From IMG/VR virus record IMGVR_UViG_3300031551_000001, positions 1-64,000 of that record: a DNA stretch of 64,000 bases, one strand, 5' to 3'. The notes beneath the pieces are model-generated. The model searched no databases. It was not told the origin of the DNA and saw nothing but the letters and a program-made list of their open reading frames with translations. The translations under genes and the position numbers were made by a program. Positions 49,089 to 58,413 of this stretch are shown here, in pieces. Source of the DNA: a virus. Position 1 is the stretch's first letter. Each line of letters starts with the position of its first letter.

Positions 49089-50498
49089 ATGGCAGCTCAA
49101 ACATATCCAACATCCGCATCTAAAGTTGGACAATATAATTTCGGTGAGTGGGTTTCAATATTTGATACCCGCCTCGATGAAGGTTATACGGAAGAAATTA
49201 ATCGTTATGGTTTAGGAAGTCACTACATGGACTTTCTGGAACTTGCAGATTATAAAACCAATTTAACCACAAGAAGTCCCAAGGTCTTTGAAAGGCTTGA
49301 ATGGGAAACTGCTGTAACGGTGGGAAGTGAAATCGCAGACGGGATTGCCGGGGCAGATATTAGCTTTACTGTTGCTGCTGCTGATGTTGATGCATCAGGT
49401 AATTTACCGGTAATGGAAGGAGAGGGGTTGGTTGTTCCTGCTTCTAAACAAACTCCTGCTGAAGACAGAATTTATGTCATTTCAGACATTACTGGTACTA
49501 CCGTAACGGCATCACCGCTTTCAGCAGACGGGACTACTGTAACCGCCTCGCAGATAAGCGAAGCTATTCCTGTTGGTACAGTTTTGAAAGTGCATGGTAT
49601 GTACAAAGGTCCAGGGACAGGACAACCTCCGGGACACAATACTTATCGTGCTACCCGCACATACTACACTTCAATTCCAAAGACTTCAATGAATTACGAA
49701 GGTGGAATTAATGCCATCAAATGGCGTGAAATTCCTACTGAAAGTGGGATTAATCAAGTATGGATAGAAGGACAGGAATTAGCAGAAAACTTCCACTCCA
49801 AGAGAATAGACGACATGATATTTCTTGGGGAATTAAACGACAACGCAGCTTTGACTGAAACTTCTCAATGGGGAGGTACAAATGCCCGCAGATCATCTCA
49901 GGGGTTATGGAACTGGGGTGGAGATGCAGGGCAAGATTTGACTTATGATGTGACATGGGAAACTTCTAATCTTTATGATTACAAGGATTTGATCATATCA
50001 CAGAACGTAGTTTCGAGAGAAGTTGAATTTCTGTATGGAACAGATCTTGGAAGAATGATCGAAGAAGCCAATTTAGATTGGATTCGTGAATTTTCCGGTG
50101 GATCAGATTTATTCAGAACAGCCAATGAAATTGGAGTTGACATTAAGTTCTTCAAAGGAAATGGTTTCTTATTCAAATTCCAGGAAATTAAATCTTTTGC
50201 CAACCCACTTCGTTGGGGCAACAAAGAATATAATTTCACCAAGTACGGGATAATGCTCCCGAACCAAATGGAATCTGTGGAAATCGAAGGAAGGACAGAA
50301 CGTCACGCCAATATTGCACTTGGTTATCTGAATAACAATGGTGAAGACAGAACCCGTATTGTACGTGTTCTTGATGGAATGAGTGGGAGAATGGGAATCG
50401 CTGTTGATCAGTATGATGGTTCAAACCTGTATATGCTGACTGAATTTGCACCGCTTATTTTCCGTCCTAATCAGATTGTTCGTGTATTACCACAATAA
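49089..50498 (+). CDS. major capsid protein
   Basis: 469 aa, position after scaffold, followed by a strong terminator; IDDMIFLGE..SQGL and terminal EFAP..RPN pattern of crAss-like capsid proteins. Confidence 0.8.
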   Translation: MAAQTYPTSASKVGQYNFGEWVSIFDTRLDEGYTEEINRYGLGSHYMDFLELADYKTNLTTRSPKVFERLEWETAVTVGSEIADGIAGADISFTVAAADVDASGNLPVMEGEGLVVPASKQTPAEDRIYVISDITGTTVTASPLSADGTTVTASQISEAIPVGTVLKVHGMYKGPGTGQPPGHNTYRATRTYYTSIPKTSMNYEGGINAIKWREIPTESGINQVWIEGQELAENFHSKRIDDMIFLGELNDNAALTETSQWGGTNARRSSQGLWNWGGDAGQDLTYDVTWETSNLYDYKDLIISQNVVSREVEFLYGTDLGRMIEEANLDWIREFSGGSDLFRTANEIGVDIKFFKGNGFLFKFQEIKSFANPLRWGNKEYNFTKYGIMLPNQMESVEIEGRTERHANIALGYLNNNGEDRTRIVRVLDGMSGRMGIAVDQYDGSNLYMLTEFAPLIFRPNQIVRVLPQ

Positions 50499-50504
50499 TA
50501 ACAC

Positions 50505-50532
50505 AGGGAGGGTTAATTCCCTCCCTATTTTT
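50505..50532 (+). terminator. intrinsic terminator
   Basis: AGGGAGGG-TTAATT-CCCTCCCT followed by ATTTTT. Confidence 0.85.
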
Positions 50533-50551
50533 AACTTAAAAACTAACGGAG

Positions 50552-51646
50552 ATGTTCATAGTAAACGGAGAAATCCTTTCAAAAACAAAGACACCTGAAT
50601 TATATAAATGGTATGATGAGAAAATAAGCACTATTAAGAGCTTAGAAAAAGATACATTTATATTTTCAGCGCACAAAAGGCCACATTACGAAACAGATGA
50701 TAGTGGTCGTAAGAGATTAATCAGACAATTCAAGGCATTGCCGTCCTCTTCCACTATTTGGAATGAAGAAATGAAGGAACATCAAACATGGATATTTGCT
50801 CCAAGCGTAAATTCCATTACAAATTTAGATGGGATTTCTGTTGTAAAAAACAAACGTCCCATTGTAATAGGAGGAACAACGCTTTTCAGTAAGAAGCATG
50901 ATATAGATATTATTTTCTTTTTACGATATATTTCAGAGGGTGTAAAGAATGGAAAAGCATTCGAAGTTGATATTGAAAATGACAATATAGAAGAAGCCAA
51001 GAAAAACAAGATGGCTGCTAAAGCCCAGTATTTGCTTTATGATGACGATTCTCCGATTCATCCGAATAATTTCGGGTCAGAAAAAGCAATACGTGATTTG
51101 GGTATAGCTTGGGGTGTTGTGGATGCAATGAAAATACATGTTGATGAAGTAAGAAATAAACTTTGGGAAAAAATTCTTAAGGCTGAAAAAACAAGAGATT
51201 TTTCAAGGAGAGGATTTTCTGCTTTTATTGATAAGGTGAATGATACTAAAGAAGCCGCAAAGAGAGCTCTTATATTAAGGGCAATAAATCTTGGTGTACT
51301 TACTTATGAAGACGGATCATGGTCATTACAGGCAGAAAATACAACCACAAATATATGCAGTGTATCACCGCAAATGGAAGGAGAAAAAGAGGAAGTTGTC
51401 ATTGGATATATACTTGAAAATATTCATTATTTAAGCCTTGTTGAGAAGTCGGTGGAAACGGCATCAGAAAAACAGAAAGAAAAACCAAAGCAGGCAAAAA
51501 CCGACACAGTTTCTTTTGACAGGATTAAAGCTATAGACCAATGTATAGAGGAACTTGGTTGGAAGAAGGGGGATTTATGGAAGAAAAAGAATGAAGAAAT
51601 AGAAAACATTCTTAAAAATCAGATAAAGCCTGCTGGCAGTGAATAA
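50552..51646 (+). CDS. hypothetical protein downstream of the capsid gene
   Basis: 364-aa ORF. Confidence 0.65.
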   Translation: MFIVNGEILSKTKTPELYKWYDEKISTIKSLEKDTFIFSAHKRPHYETDDSGRKRLIRQFKALPSSSTIWNEEMKEHQTWIFAPSVNSITNLDGISVVKNKRPIVIGGTTLFSKKHDIDIIFFLRYISEGVKNGKAFEVDIENDNIEEAKKNKMAAKAQYLLYDDDSPIHPNNFGSEKAIRDLGIAWGVVDAMKIHVDEVRNKLWEKILKAEKTRDFSRRGFSAFIDKVNDTKEAAKRALILRAINLGVLTYEDGSWSLQAENTTTNICSVSPQMEGEKEEVVIGYILENIHYLSLVEKSVETASEKQKEKPKQAKTDTVSFDRIKAIDQCIEELGWKKGDLWKKKNEEIENILKNQIKPAGSE

Positions 51647-51678
51647 GAGTTTCCGTTTCCGTTAGTTCTCATAGTGCG

Positions 51679-51708
51679 CCCTTCACAGTTTATTCTGTGA
51701 GGGGTTTT
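51679..51708 (+). terminator. intrinsic terminator preceded by an anti-leader tract
   Basis: CCCTTCACAG/CTGTGAGGGG stem followed by TTTT. Confidence 0.75.
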
Positions 51709-51760
51709 GTGTGAAAGAGCAGATTTCAAAAGATTAGTAAATTTGTAGAAATTTAAACAA

Positions 51761-52606
51761 ATGACACTTTACGAAGCCCTTGATAATTTTGAAGATCAGT
51801 ATTTGGAGGCGGTTGAAAGCGGAAGTCTTAGAGAAATAGCAGCACTTGAATCAGACTGGATAAAAATTGATAATGAATATACTCTTTATAGGCTTGCTTT
51901 AATAGGGGGAGATGGAACATCCGCACAGGAACATTTAGATGTAATAGAATCAATTCTTTCTTCAAATGATTTAACTGTTGACGAAGGCAGTTTAGCCCCC
52001 GTTTCTATTGGTCTTAATCTTACTCCAGACAACATCAGCATTCAATGCGACGCCTCCGGTGTACCAAAGGATGGAGCCTATGATTATGCTATCGGAACTT
52101 GTTATGTATTTGTTGGAACAGCAGATGATACGGAAAATTGGACATTTACCATTAATTCAGTAACAAATTGTACAGCGGCAATTCAAAATGATGATGAAGT
52201 AAAAGTTAATAGTATAACTGATGAGTCTGGGAATGTTGTTGTGAAGGGAACAAGAACGGGATATAGTAATGTTTATCTTACACTTCGGGTATTTAAAATA
52301 AGAGATGGTCTTGCTAATTATAATCTGGATAAAGAAGCAGATAAAGACGCTGCTTTTACTAAAACATTTAGCGCAGGAGAAAAACTGGAGGCTATAGATT
52401 TTGAATATGTTAGCGGGACTCCATACATTAAAGTTGGATTGACTTTAGGAGGTACACAGGTTAGTCTTGCTGAATTGGCAGTACCTACAGACGATTATTT
52501 ATCTCTGACTGTTAACAAGATATTTTCTGCGGAAACTATTGTTTATGTAACTATAACCGGCGGGGTTGTAAATGTGAATTGGGATTACAGAACTTTATAT
52601 TTTTAG
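51761..52606 (+). CDS. putative virion structural protein
   Basis: Acidic, beta-rich C-terminal two thirds; lies in the tail module. Confidence 0.55.
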   Translation: MTLYEALDNFEDQYLEAVESGSLREIAALESDWIKIDNEYTLYRLALIGGDGTSAQEHLDVIESILSSNDLTVDEGSLAPVSIGLNLTPDNISIQCDASGVPKDGAYDYAIGTCYVFVGTADDTENWTFTINSVTNCTAAIQNDDEVKVNSITDESGNVVVKGTRTGYSNVYLTLRVFKIRDGLANYNLDKEADKDAAFTKTFSAGEKLEAIDFEYVSGTPYIKVGLTLGGTQVSLAELAVPTDDYLSLTVNKIFSAETIVYVTITGGVVNVNWDYRTLYF

Positions 52607-52609
52607 ATC

Positions 52610-54055
52610 ATGAAACGAATTATTATATTTTTATCATTGTTTTTGTTGGTAATTTCTTGTAAGGCACAAAGCCCCGGCATATTCACATTTGTTATTGTGA
52701 GGGATTCTGCTGAAATACCAACTGTAAGTATAGAAACCCTTCTTAGTATAACTGGTTGGACTAAAGTAACTGAAGATTTTGTACAAGATGGTGATACTTT
52801 GGAAAATCTTGTTGATAGTATTGATATTGTGACAATGATAGGAAATATTGGTGGGGATGTATTTTTTACCGATACAGTGTCAATTATTGCCACAAAAGCG
52901 GACACCATTTCTAAGATAGCGACAAAATATGATATTGATTCATTATATTCTTCTCTTTTAATTTATGCTAGGGATAGTGATTGGGTCTCTACTACGCATG
53001 ATACTATATTTTTTGATGATGATGGAGATTATTTTATTACTATGGGAGAGAGCGTAAATACACTTTATTTTTATTTTGATGGTGAAACGGTAACTATGTC
53101 TGATGCTTCTGGCGATTATAGTGGTACAATGATAGAATCTGATTATATATTGATAAATGATTCAATTTGTAATCGAACGGAAGGGCCTGAAGAAATGAAT
53201 TGTGTTAGTATTGATGATCTTTATACTGTAGTTTCTTCTGGTGGTAGTGGCTCTGTTGATTTTTCAGGTATACCGGACGGAAGAGTTATTTTCGCAAAAG
53301 AAGATACGGCATCATATAGTTCAAATTTTAATTTTTATGATAGTACATTACATTTATCTGTTGATACTGAACAGGAAGATACTGCTTTATTTATAGAAAA
53401 TAATGGTTCCGGGGGTATGGATGTTGGAATATCAATTCTCAACACCGGCTCAAAAGGGGTTTATATTAGTCAAACCGCAGGTGTTGGAGTTGGATTAGAT
53501 ATGGATATTGCTGATGGGACAAGTGCGATTGATATAGATTTAATGGGACAAAATGTTTATGGGGTAAGGGTTAATGCACAAAAAACAGGAGAGGCATTTA
53601 TAACGCAAGATGATGGAGATGATGTTTTTGTAATTGATTCTTCCGGTGGTGTTCACATGGAAGATTCGTTATGGTTAAATGTTTTAGAGGATGCACAACA
53701 TGATGAACAATGGTTAGGATTAAGCCACACAAATGCAGTATTTGCTGATTCACTTACTGACGCTGGGTTTGGACTTGCAGATGAATTGCTTCCAATTGAT
53801 GAATATTTAAATAATTTTCAGTATAATGAAAAAACGGGGTTTAATGAGCTTTTATGGAAATACTGGAATGGTAAAGAATATATCTCTGAATATTCTATTA
53901 AAGGAAGGCCAAGTGTCACTATTCAAAAACTTCAATGGGGTATAGAACATTCGTTTCGATATATACAACAATTAGAAGATGAAAATATGCGAATGAAAGC
54001 AAGAATATATGATATAGAAGAACGATTAAAAACATTAGAATTTAAATTAGAATGA
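52610..54055 (+). CDS. signal-peptide-bearing fibre-like protein with dense O-glycosylation sequons
   Basis: MKRIIIFLSLFLLVISCKA|Q; 13 D-(S/T)-(A/I/L/V/T) sites; C-terminal coiled coil YIQQLEDENMRMKARI..LE resembling a tail-fibre chaperone end. Confidence 0.7.
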   Translation: MKRIIIFLSLFLLVISCKAQSPGIFTFVIVRDSAEIPTVSIETLLSITGWTKVTEDFVQDGDTLENLVDSIDIVTMIGNIGGDVFFTDTVSIIATKADTISKIATKYDIDSLYSSLLIYARDSDWVSTTHDTIFFDDDGDYFITMGESVNTLYFYFDGETVTMSDASGDYSGTMIESDYILINDSICNRTEGPEEMNCVSIDDLYTVVSSGGSGSVDFSGIPDGRVIFAKEDTASYSSNFNFYDSTLHLSVDTEQEDTALFIENNGSGGMDVGISILNTGSKGVYISQTAGVGVGLDMDIADGTSAIDIDLMGQNVYGVRVNAQKTGEAFITQDDGDDVFVIDSSGGVHMEDSLWLNVLEDAQHDEQWLGLSHTNAVFADSLTDAGFGLADELLPIDEYLNNFQYNEKTGFNELLWKYWNGKEYISEYSIKGRPSVTIQKLQWGIEHSFRYIQQLEDENMRMKARIYDIEERLKTLEFKLE

Positions 54056-56337
54056 TAAAATATTATATTATATTGACATTTTTGGTCTTGACAAATTTTG
54101 TCAATGCACAATTAACGGCAGGTCTTACTGCTTATTGGGGGTTAGATGAAGAATCCGGGACTATTGTTGATTCTGTAGGTTCAAATGATGGTACTGTTAC
54201 GGGGGCTACCTATGAAGCAACAGGGAAACTAAATACATGCCTTTCTTTTGATGGTAATGGAGATTATATTACATTTCCTGATGTAGCAGATTTACAGGGT
54301 TATGGAGATGATTTCGGAATGGGTGCATGGATATATCCCACACAATACTCAGGGGATGATTACAGGTATATTTTTGGTGGAGAAGAATATGCTTTTGGTA
54401 TGGCAATAAATGCTATTTCTGAGGCACTTGTAATGAGGGTTATAGGCGCGTATTCATCTCCGTCAAGTTCATTTACTATTCCTTTAAATCAATGGTCTTT
54501 TGTATATTGTCAGATTGATTATTCTGAAACAACGAATGATGTTAGTTTTTATTGTAATGGTACTATGAATACGGTTACATTTAATCATGATGCAACTAGC
54601 GGTTCATCTACTAATTTAATAGGGTGTAGAGAAGTTGGTCATGATTATTTTATAGGTAGAATTGACGATTCTTTTATTACTAAAACTTTAAAAACAGAAG
54701 CACAATTAGATTCTATTTATAATTTAGGTGCTGGTAAAATATATCCTTGGGATTTTAGTGAAGGAACGGGGTTGGAATCTGGTTTTATTAGAAGTGAAAT
54801 AGCACAATCTATGTGGAGAATTGAAGTTCAGAAAATTGCATTTCGTATTCCTTATGAGTCAGAAGGCGAAGAAGAAGAAACAGAAATATCAACTTATCAC
54901 ATGGACGGTACTTGTCCCGAAAGTACACATCGTTGGGATGATTATGATTGTGCAGAAAATGATTTTGATAATCTTTCGTCAAGTTTGGCAATATCAGACA
55001 CGAACGATTTTGCAGAAGTAATTTATATTGATCCTGACGCTCCTCCTGAAGGAGATGGTACTTATGGGTCTCCTTATGATTCATGGGAAGATATAGGAAC
55101 AGGAACAAATAATTATGCTTATGTACAAAAGCGAGGAACTACTTGTGAAATTACAAGCACATTCGCCCCTACCGCTAACGGATTTATGATGGGGGCTTAT
55201 GGAGAAGGAGAGCGACCAATTATTCATAAAACAAATGCAGGAGATATTATTGATATTGATTACAAAGTGTGTATTCGAGATCTCTCTATAAGAGGTTATG
55301 CTGCTGTTGCGGATGCGGGGGAATTAATATTTTTTCATGGTGCTGCTGACGAATCATTTGTATACAATTGTGAATTAAGTTATGCTTATATTGGTCTTTT
55401 TTTATGGGCAGATAAATGCAGATTGATTAATAATGAAATATCCTATATGTATTTGGATGGAATATGGACAGGAGAAGCTTCTTATATTGAAATATCTCAT
55501 AATAATATACATCACATTAATAGAGCCTACGATACAAATCCTTCTGAAAGTGTTGCCGGAGGAGACGGAATTCAATTTGCTTATAATTGGTCGCAAGGGT
55601 GGATACACGATAATATAATAGACAGGTCAACGGAAGGAAATAAATTTTGTCTAGCTATAATCCCTGATGTAACAAAACGACCTTATAACCAAAAGTTTAT
55701 TATTGAATTTAATTCATTCACGGGCCCTCCTTATGATGAAGGAGGAGGGGCCTCCGTTATGCTAGATAGTGCTAAAAATTCAATCATCCAATATAATCAT
55801 TTTAAAGGAGTAGAAGGTACAGGCTCTAATGGGCGTGGAATATGGCTTGAATATGCATATAATGATACTTTGATGGGAAATACTTTTGAAGGTTATTGGA
55901 TAGGTATACAAGGTGCTACACCAAATATGAATATTATTTTAAACAACAATACATTTTATGATAATGATGGATATATTGCTGTTAATATTGATGGAAAATT
56001 TTATAATAATATATTTTCTGTTCCTACCGGAGCAAGTTCTTTTTCAAACATTAATTTAGACGATGAAAGTAATAATCTTTTTACAATAACTGTTCCTGTT
56101 GGATGGAGTGGGTCATTTCATGGGAATCCTCATTATGTAGATTCTTTAAACAGTGATTTCACATTGCAAAGTAATTCAGATGCTATTGATGCGGGGATAG
56201 AGCTTGATTACTATAATTATGATATTACAAAAAAAGAAATAACCGGAGATACAGATTGCGGAGCTTATGAACATAATTTATGGTGGCTTATTATGCTTTT
56301 ACCGTTCTTATTTTTCAATTATAAAAGAAAAAGATAA
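54052..56337 (+). CDS. LamG-like plus right-handed beta-helix protein with signal peptide and C-terminal hydrophobic tail
   Basis: MIKYYIILTFLVLTNFVNA|Q; AYWGLDE..G..SFDGNGDYI (LamG); parallel beta-helix repeats; DFTLQSNSDAIDAG..DCGAYE; LWWLIMLLPFLFFNYKRKR. Confidence 0.8.
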   Translation: MIKYYIILTFLVLTNFVNAQLTAGLTAYWGLDEESGTIVDSVGSNDGTVTGATYEATGKLNTCLSFDGNGDYITFPDVADLQGYGDDFGMGAWIYPTQYSGDDYRYIFGGEEYAFGMAINAISEALVMRVIGAYSSPSSSFTIPLNQWSFVYCQIDYSETTNDVSFYCNGTMNTVTFNHDATSGSSTNLIGCREVGHDYFIGRIDDSFITKTLKTEAQLDSIYNLGAGKIYPWDFSEGTGLESGFIRSEIAQSMWRIEVQKIAFRIPYESEGEEEETEISTYHMDGTCPESTHRWDDYDCAENDFDNLSSSLAISDTNDFAEVIYIDPDAPPEGDGTYGSPYDSWEDIGTGTNNYAYVQKRGTTCEITSTFAPTANGFMMGAYGEGERPIIHKTNAGDIIDIDYKVCIRDLSIRGYAAVADAGELIFFHGAADESFVYNCELSYAYIGLFLWADKCRLINNEISYMYLDGIWTGEASYIEISHNNIHHINRAYDTNPSESVAGGDGIQFAYNWSQGWIHDNIIDRSTEGNKFCLAIIPDVTKRPYNQKFIIEFNSFTGPPYDEGGGASVMLDSAKNSIIQYNHFKGVEGTGSNGRGIWLEYAYNDTLMGNTFEGYWIGIQGATPNMNIILNNNTFYDNDGYIAVNIDGKFYNNIFSVPTGASSFSNINLDDESNNLFTITVPVGWSGSFHGNPHYVDSLNSDFTLQSNSDAIDAGIELDYYNYDITKKEITGDTDCGAYEHNLWWLIMLLPFLFFNYKRKR

Positions 56338-56342
56338 AAATT

Positions 56343-57098
56343 ATGAACAATGGTGATATATTTGGATTTGTAAACGCTGTTTTAAGAAAGGAAAAAGAGG
56401 GATCTGTTTTAACTCCTGCACAGTTTAATCTTTTTCTTAAAACTTCTATGTGGGAGAAAATCAATTCAAATTTTAAGAGATTTGAAGAATCTCAGATTAT
56501 CACAGATTCGTTGGGTGAATTAAGGGTTGACGCAGAAACCCTTGCTATTGACGCGGACGGAGAGGGAGATTTGAGTGGGCTTAGTGAAACTTATTTGCAT
56601 GTAATACCAAATCCAACTTATATATATTCCGGTTCTGTAAGGGAAATTGATATTGTAACAGCGGGGGAATATGCTCATTATTCTGCGAGTGCATCAATGG
56701 CTCCAGATGCAACATGGCCTATTGCTAAAATAGTAGGGGATACAATATATGTTAATCCGCTTGTAAGCGTTAATATATCTTTTTCTTATTTTAAGGAACC
56801 GGATGAATCTTATTATGATTATTACGTAGACGCAAATGATGAGCAGGTTTATCTGGAGGTGGGGGCATCACACACTCTTTTGGCCGGAGAGGAATATGTC
56901 GATAAGGATGATGGTACGGTAAGGGGCGAAGATTATGAAATTACGGCAGAAATAAATCATTCTGTAGAATTACCATTTCCAGACAATGAAAGAATAGATG
57001 TAGCGTATAAGATTTTGCAAAAAATGGGTATTCCTGTTGACAAGATAGTTGCCACTGAATATGGTTCGTTCAGAGAACAAAAAGAAGAAATGTTATGA
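56343..57098 (+). CDS. putative tail ring/adaptor protein
   Basis: N..LRKE..G..LTPAQFN N-terminus typical of crAss-like ring proteins. Confidence 0.7.
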   Translation: MNNGDIFGFVNAVLRKEKEGSVLTPAQFNLFLKTSMWEKINSNFKRFEESQIITDSLGELRVDAETLAIDADGEGDLSGLSETYLHVIPNPTYIYSGSVREIDIVTAGEYAHYSASASMAPDATWPIAKIVGDTIYVNPLVSVNISFSYFKEPDESYYDYYVDANDEQVYLEVGASHTLLAGEEYVDKDDGTVRGEDYEITAEINHSVELPFPDNERIDVAYKILQKMGIPVDKIVATEYGSFREQKEEML

Positions 57099-57700
57099 CA
57101 AGAGAAAGTTATATAGAAATGTTGAGAGATAGAATCAAAAGACTTGATTCTTCCGCTAGAGTTCGCCCACAATTGATAAATGCAGCTCTTGATGCCGTAT
57201 GGCAGAATATGGCATTTGAAAACATGGGATCTCTTGGTTCGGATGTAAATTTTTGTACCAAGCTATACGAAGCTGTTGATGTTGAGGAAGGCGCGGATGG
57301 AACGTATTATTCAGAGTTACCAAATGCTATAATTAATTTACCAAGGGCAGCAAGCGGTGTTGGAAGAATTAATCAGGTTAATAGCAGGGATTATGATTTT
57401 TCTCCTGTTACGGAAAGAAATTTCAGGCTTCTTACTTCTCTTGATGTATATGATATAGGTAATAAAATTTATTATTATGTTACTAAGGATTATGTTTATT
57501 ATGGTGAATCTATGACGGCAGCAATAGCGGGAGTGGGCGTGGACATGAGACTTGTAATACCATTTAAAGATTATGATTTGGATGAGAATATACCAATTCC
57601 TTCTGGACAGGCAGAGAGATTTCTTGGTGATGCGATGAATTTTTTAATGGGCACTACTCCTATTAATCAAAATAACACAAATAAAGAAACAGCACCATGA
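57095..57700 (+). CDS. putative tail ring protein
   Basis: Position and size; YSELP..I.LP, D.NIPIP motifs. Confidence 0.6.
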   Translation: MTRESYIEMLRDRIKRLDSSARVRPQLINAALDAVWQNMAFENMGSLGSDVNFCTKLYEAVDVEEGADGTYYSELPNAIINLPRAASGVGRINQVNSRDYDFSPVTERNFRLLTSLDVYDIGNKIYYYVTKDYVYYGESMTAAIAGVGVDMRLVIPFKDYDLDENIPIPSGQAERFLGDAMNFLMGTTPINQNNTNKETAP

Positions 57701-58413
57701 GTAAGACAAGTGCATTAATAACTATAAACGATATTACTGAAGGCATCATGGCGATGACGGACGTTCCTGAAGAATATGGGTTTCGTGTTGAGCAATTGGT
57801 AATTAATGCTGTTAAAGAGCTTAATTTACTTGTTCTTGATGAAGGAAGGGTAGTTGAAAAGAAAACAATGGACAGCAATTATCTTCTTGCTATGCCAAGT
57901 GATCTTGTACGCCTTAATGGAGCATGTATACCTGTTAATGGAGAATTATGGCCGCTTACCGTAGAGAGAAAGATAGTACCCACCACCTCATTGACAGATG
58001 GGGCAGTGACGCTTGATAGCGATGACGGAGAAGGGGTAGATTTAGTAAAAGAAGGAACCGGGTTTGCATCGAGAGGTGGAGTTAACTTACATGGATATGT
58101 ATTCCCTGATTATGCAAAAAGAAGATTTGTATTTAGAAATGTGAATAGATCGGAAGTTCTTTTGGATTATAAAACGAGTGGAATTGAATTAACAGGAATC
58201 ACATACATACCAACTCATGCAAAATCTGCCATTAATGCTTATGTTCGTCTTTATCTTGAAATGAATAAATTAAAACCAAATTTTGAAATTGTATATGGTT
58301 TCCGTGATGAATATGAAAGACAAAAAGATATTTGCAGGGGAGTAAAATTTAATATGTATGAATTTCTGGATGCTATGTATAGAACAATGATACCAACTAT
58401 CGGAAGATTATGA
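57697..58413 (+). CDS. putative tail ring protein
   Basis: MPSDLV, VLLDY..G, IP..A..AI.AY pattern. Confidence 0.6.
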   Translation: MSKTSALITINDITEGIMAMTDVPEEYGFRVEQLVINAVKELNLLVLDEGRVVEKKTMDSNYLLAMPSDLVRLNGACIPVNGELWPLTVERKIVPTTSLTDGAVTLDSDDGEGVDLVKEGTGFASRGGVNLHGYVFPDYAKRRFVFRNVNRSEVLLDYKTSGIELTGITYIPTHAKSAINAYVRLYLEMNKLKPNFEIVYGFRDEYERQKDICRGVKFNMYEFLDAMYRTMIPTIGRL

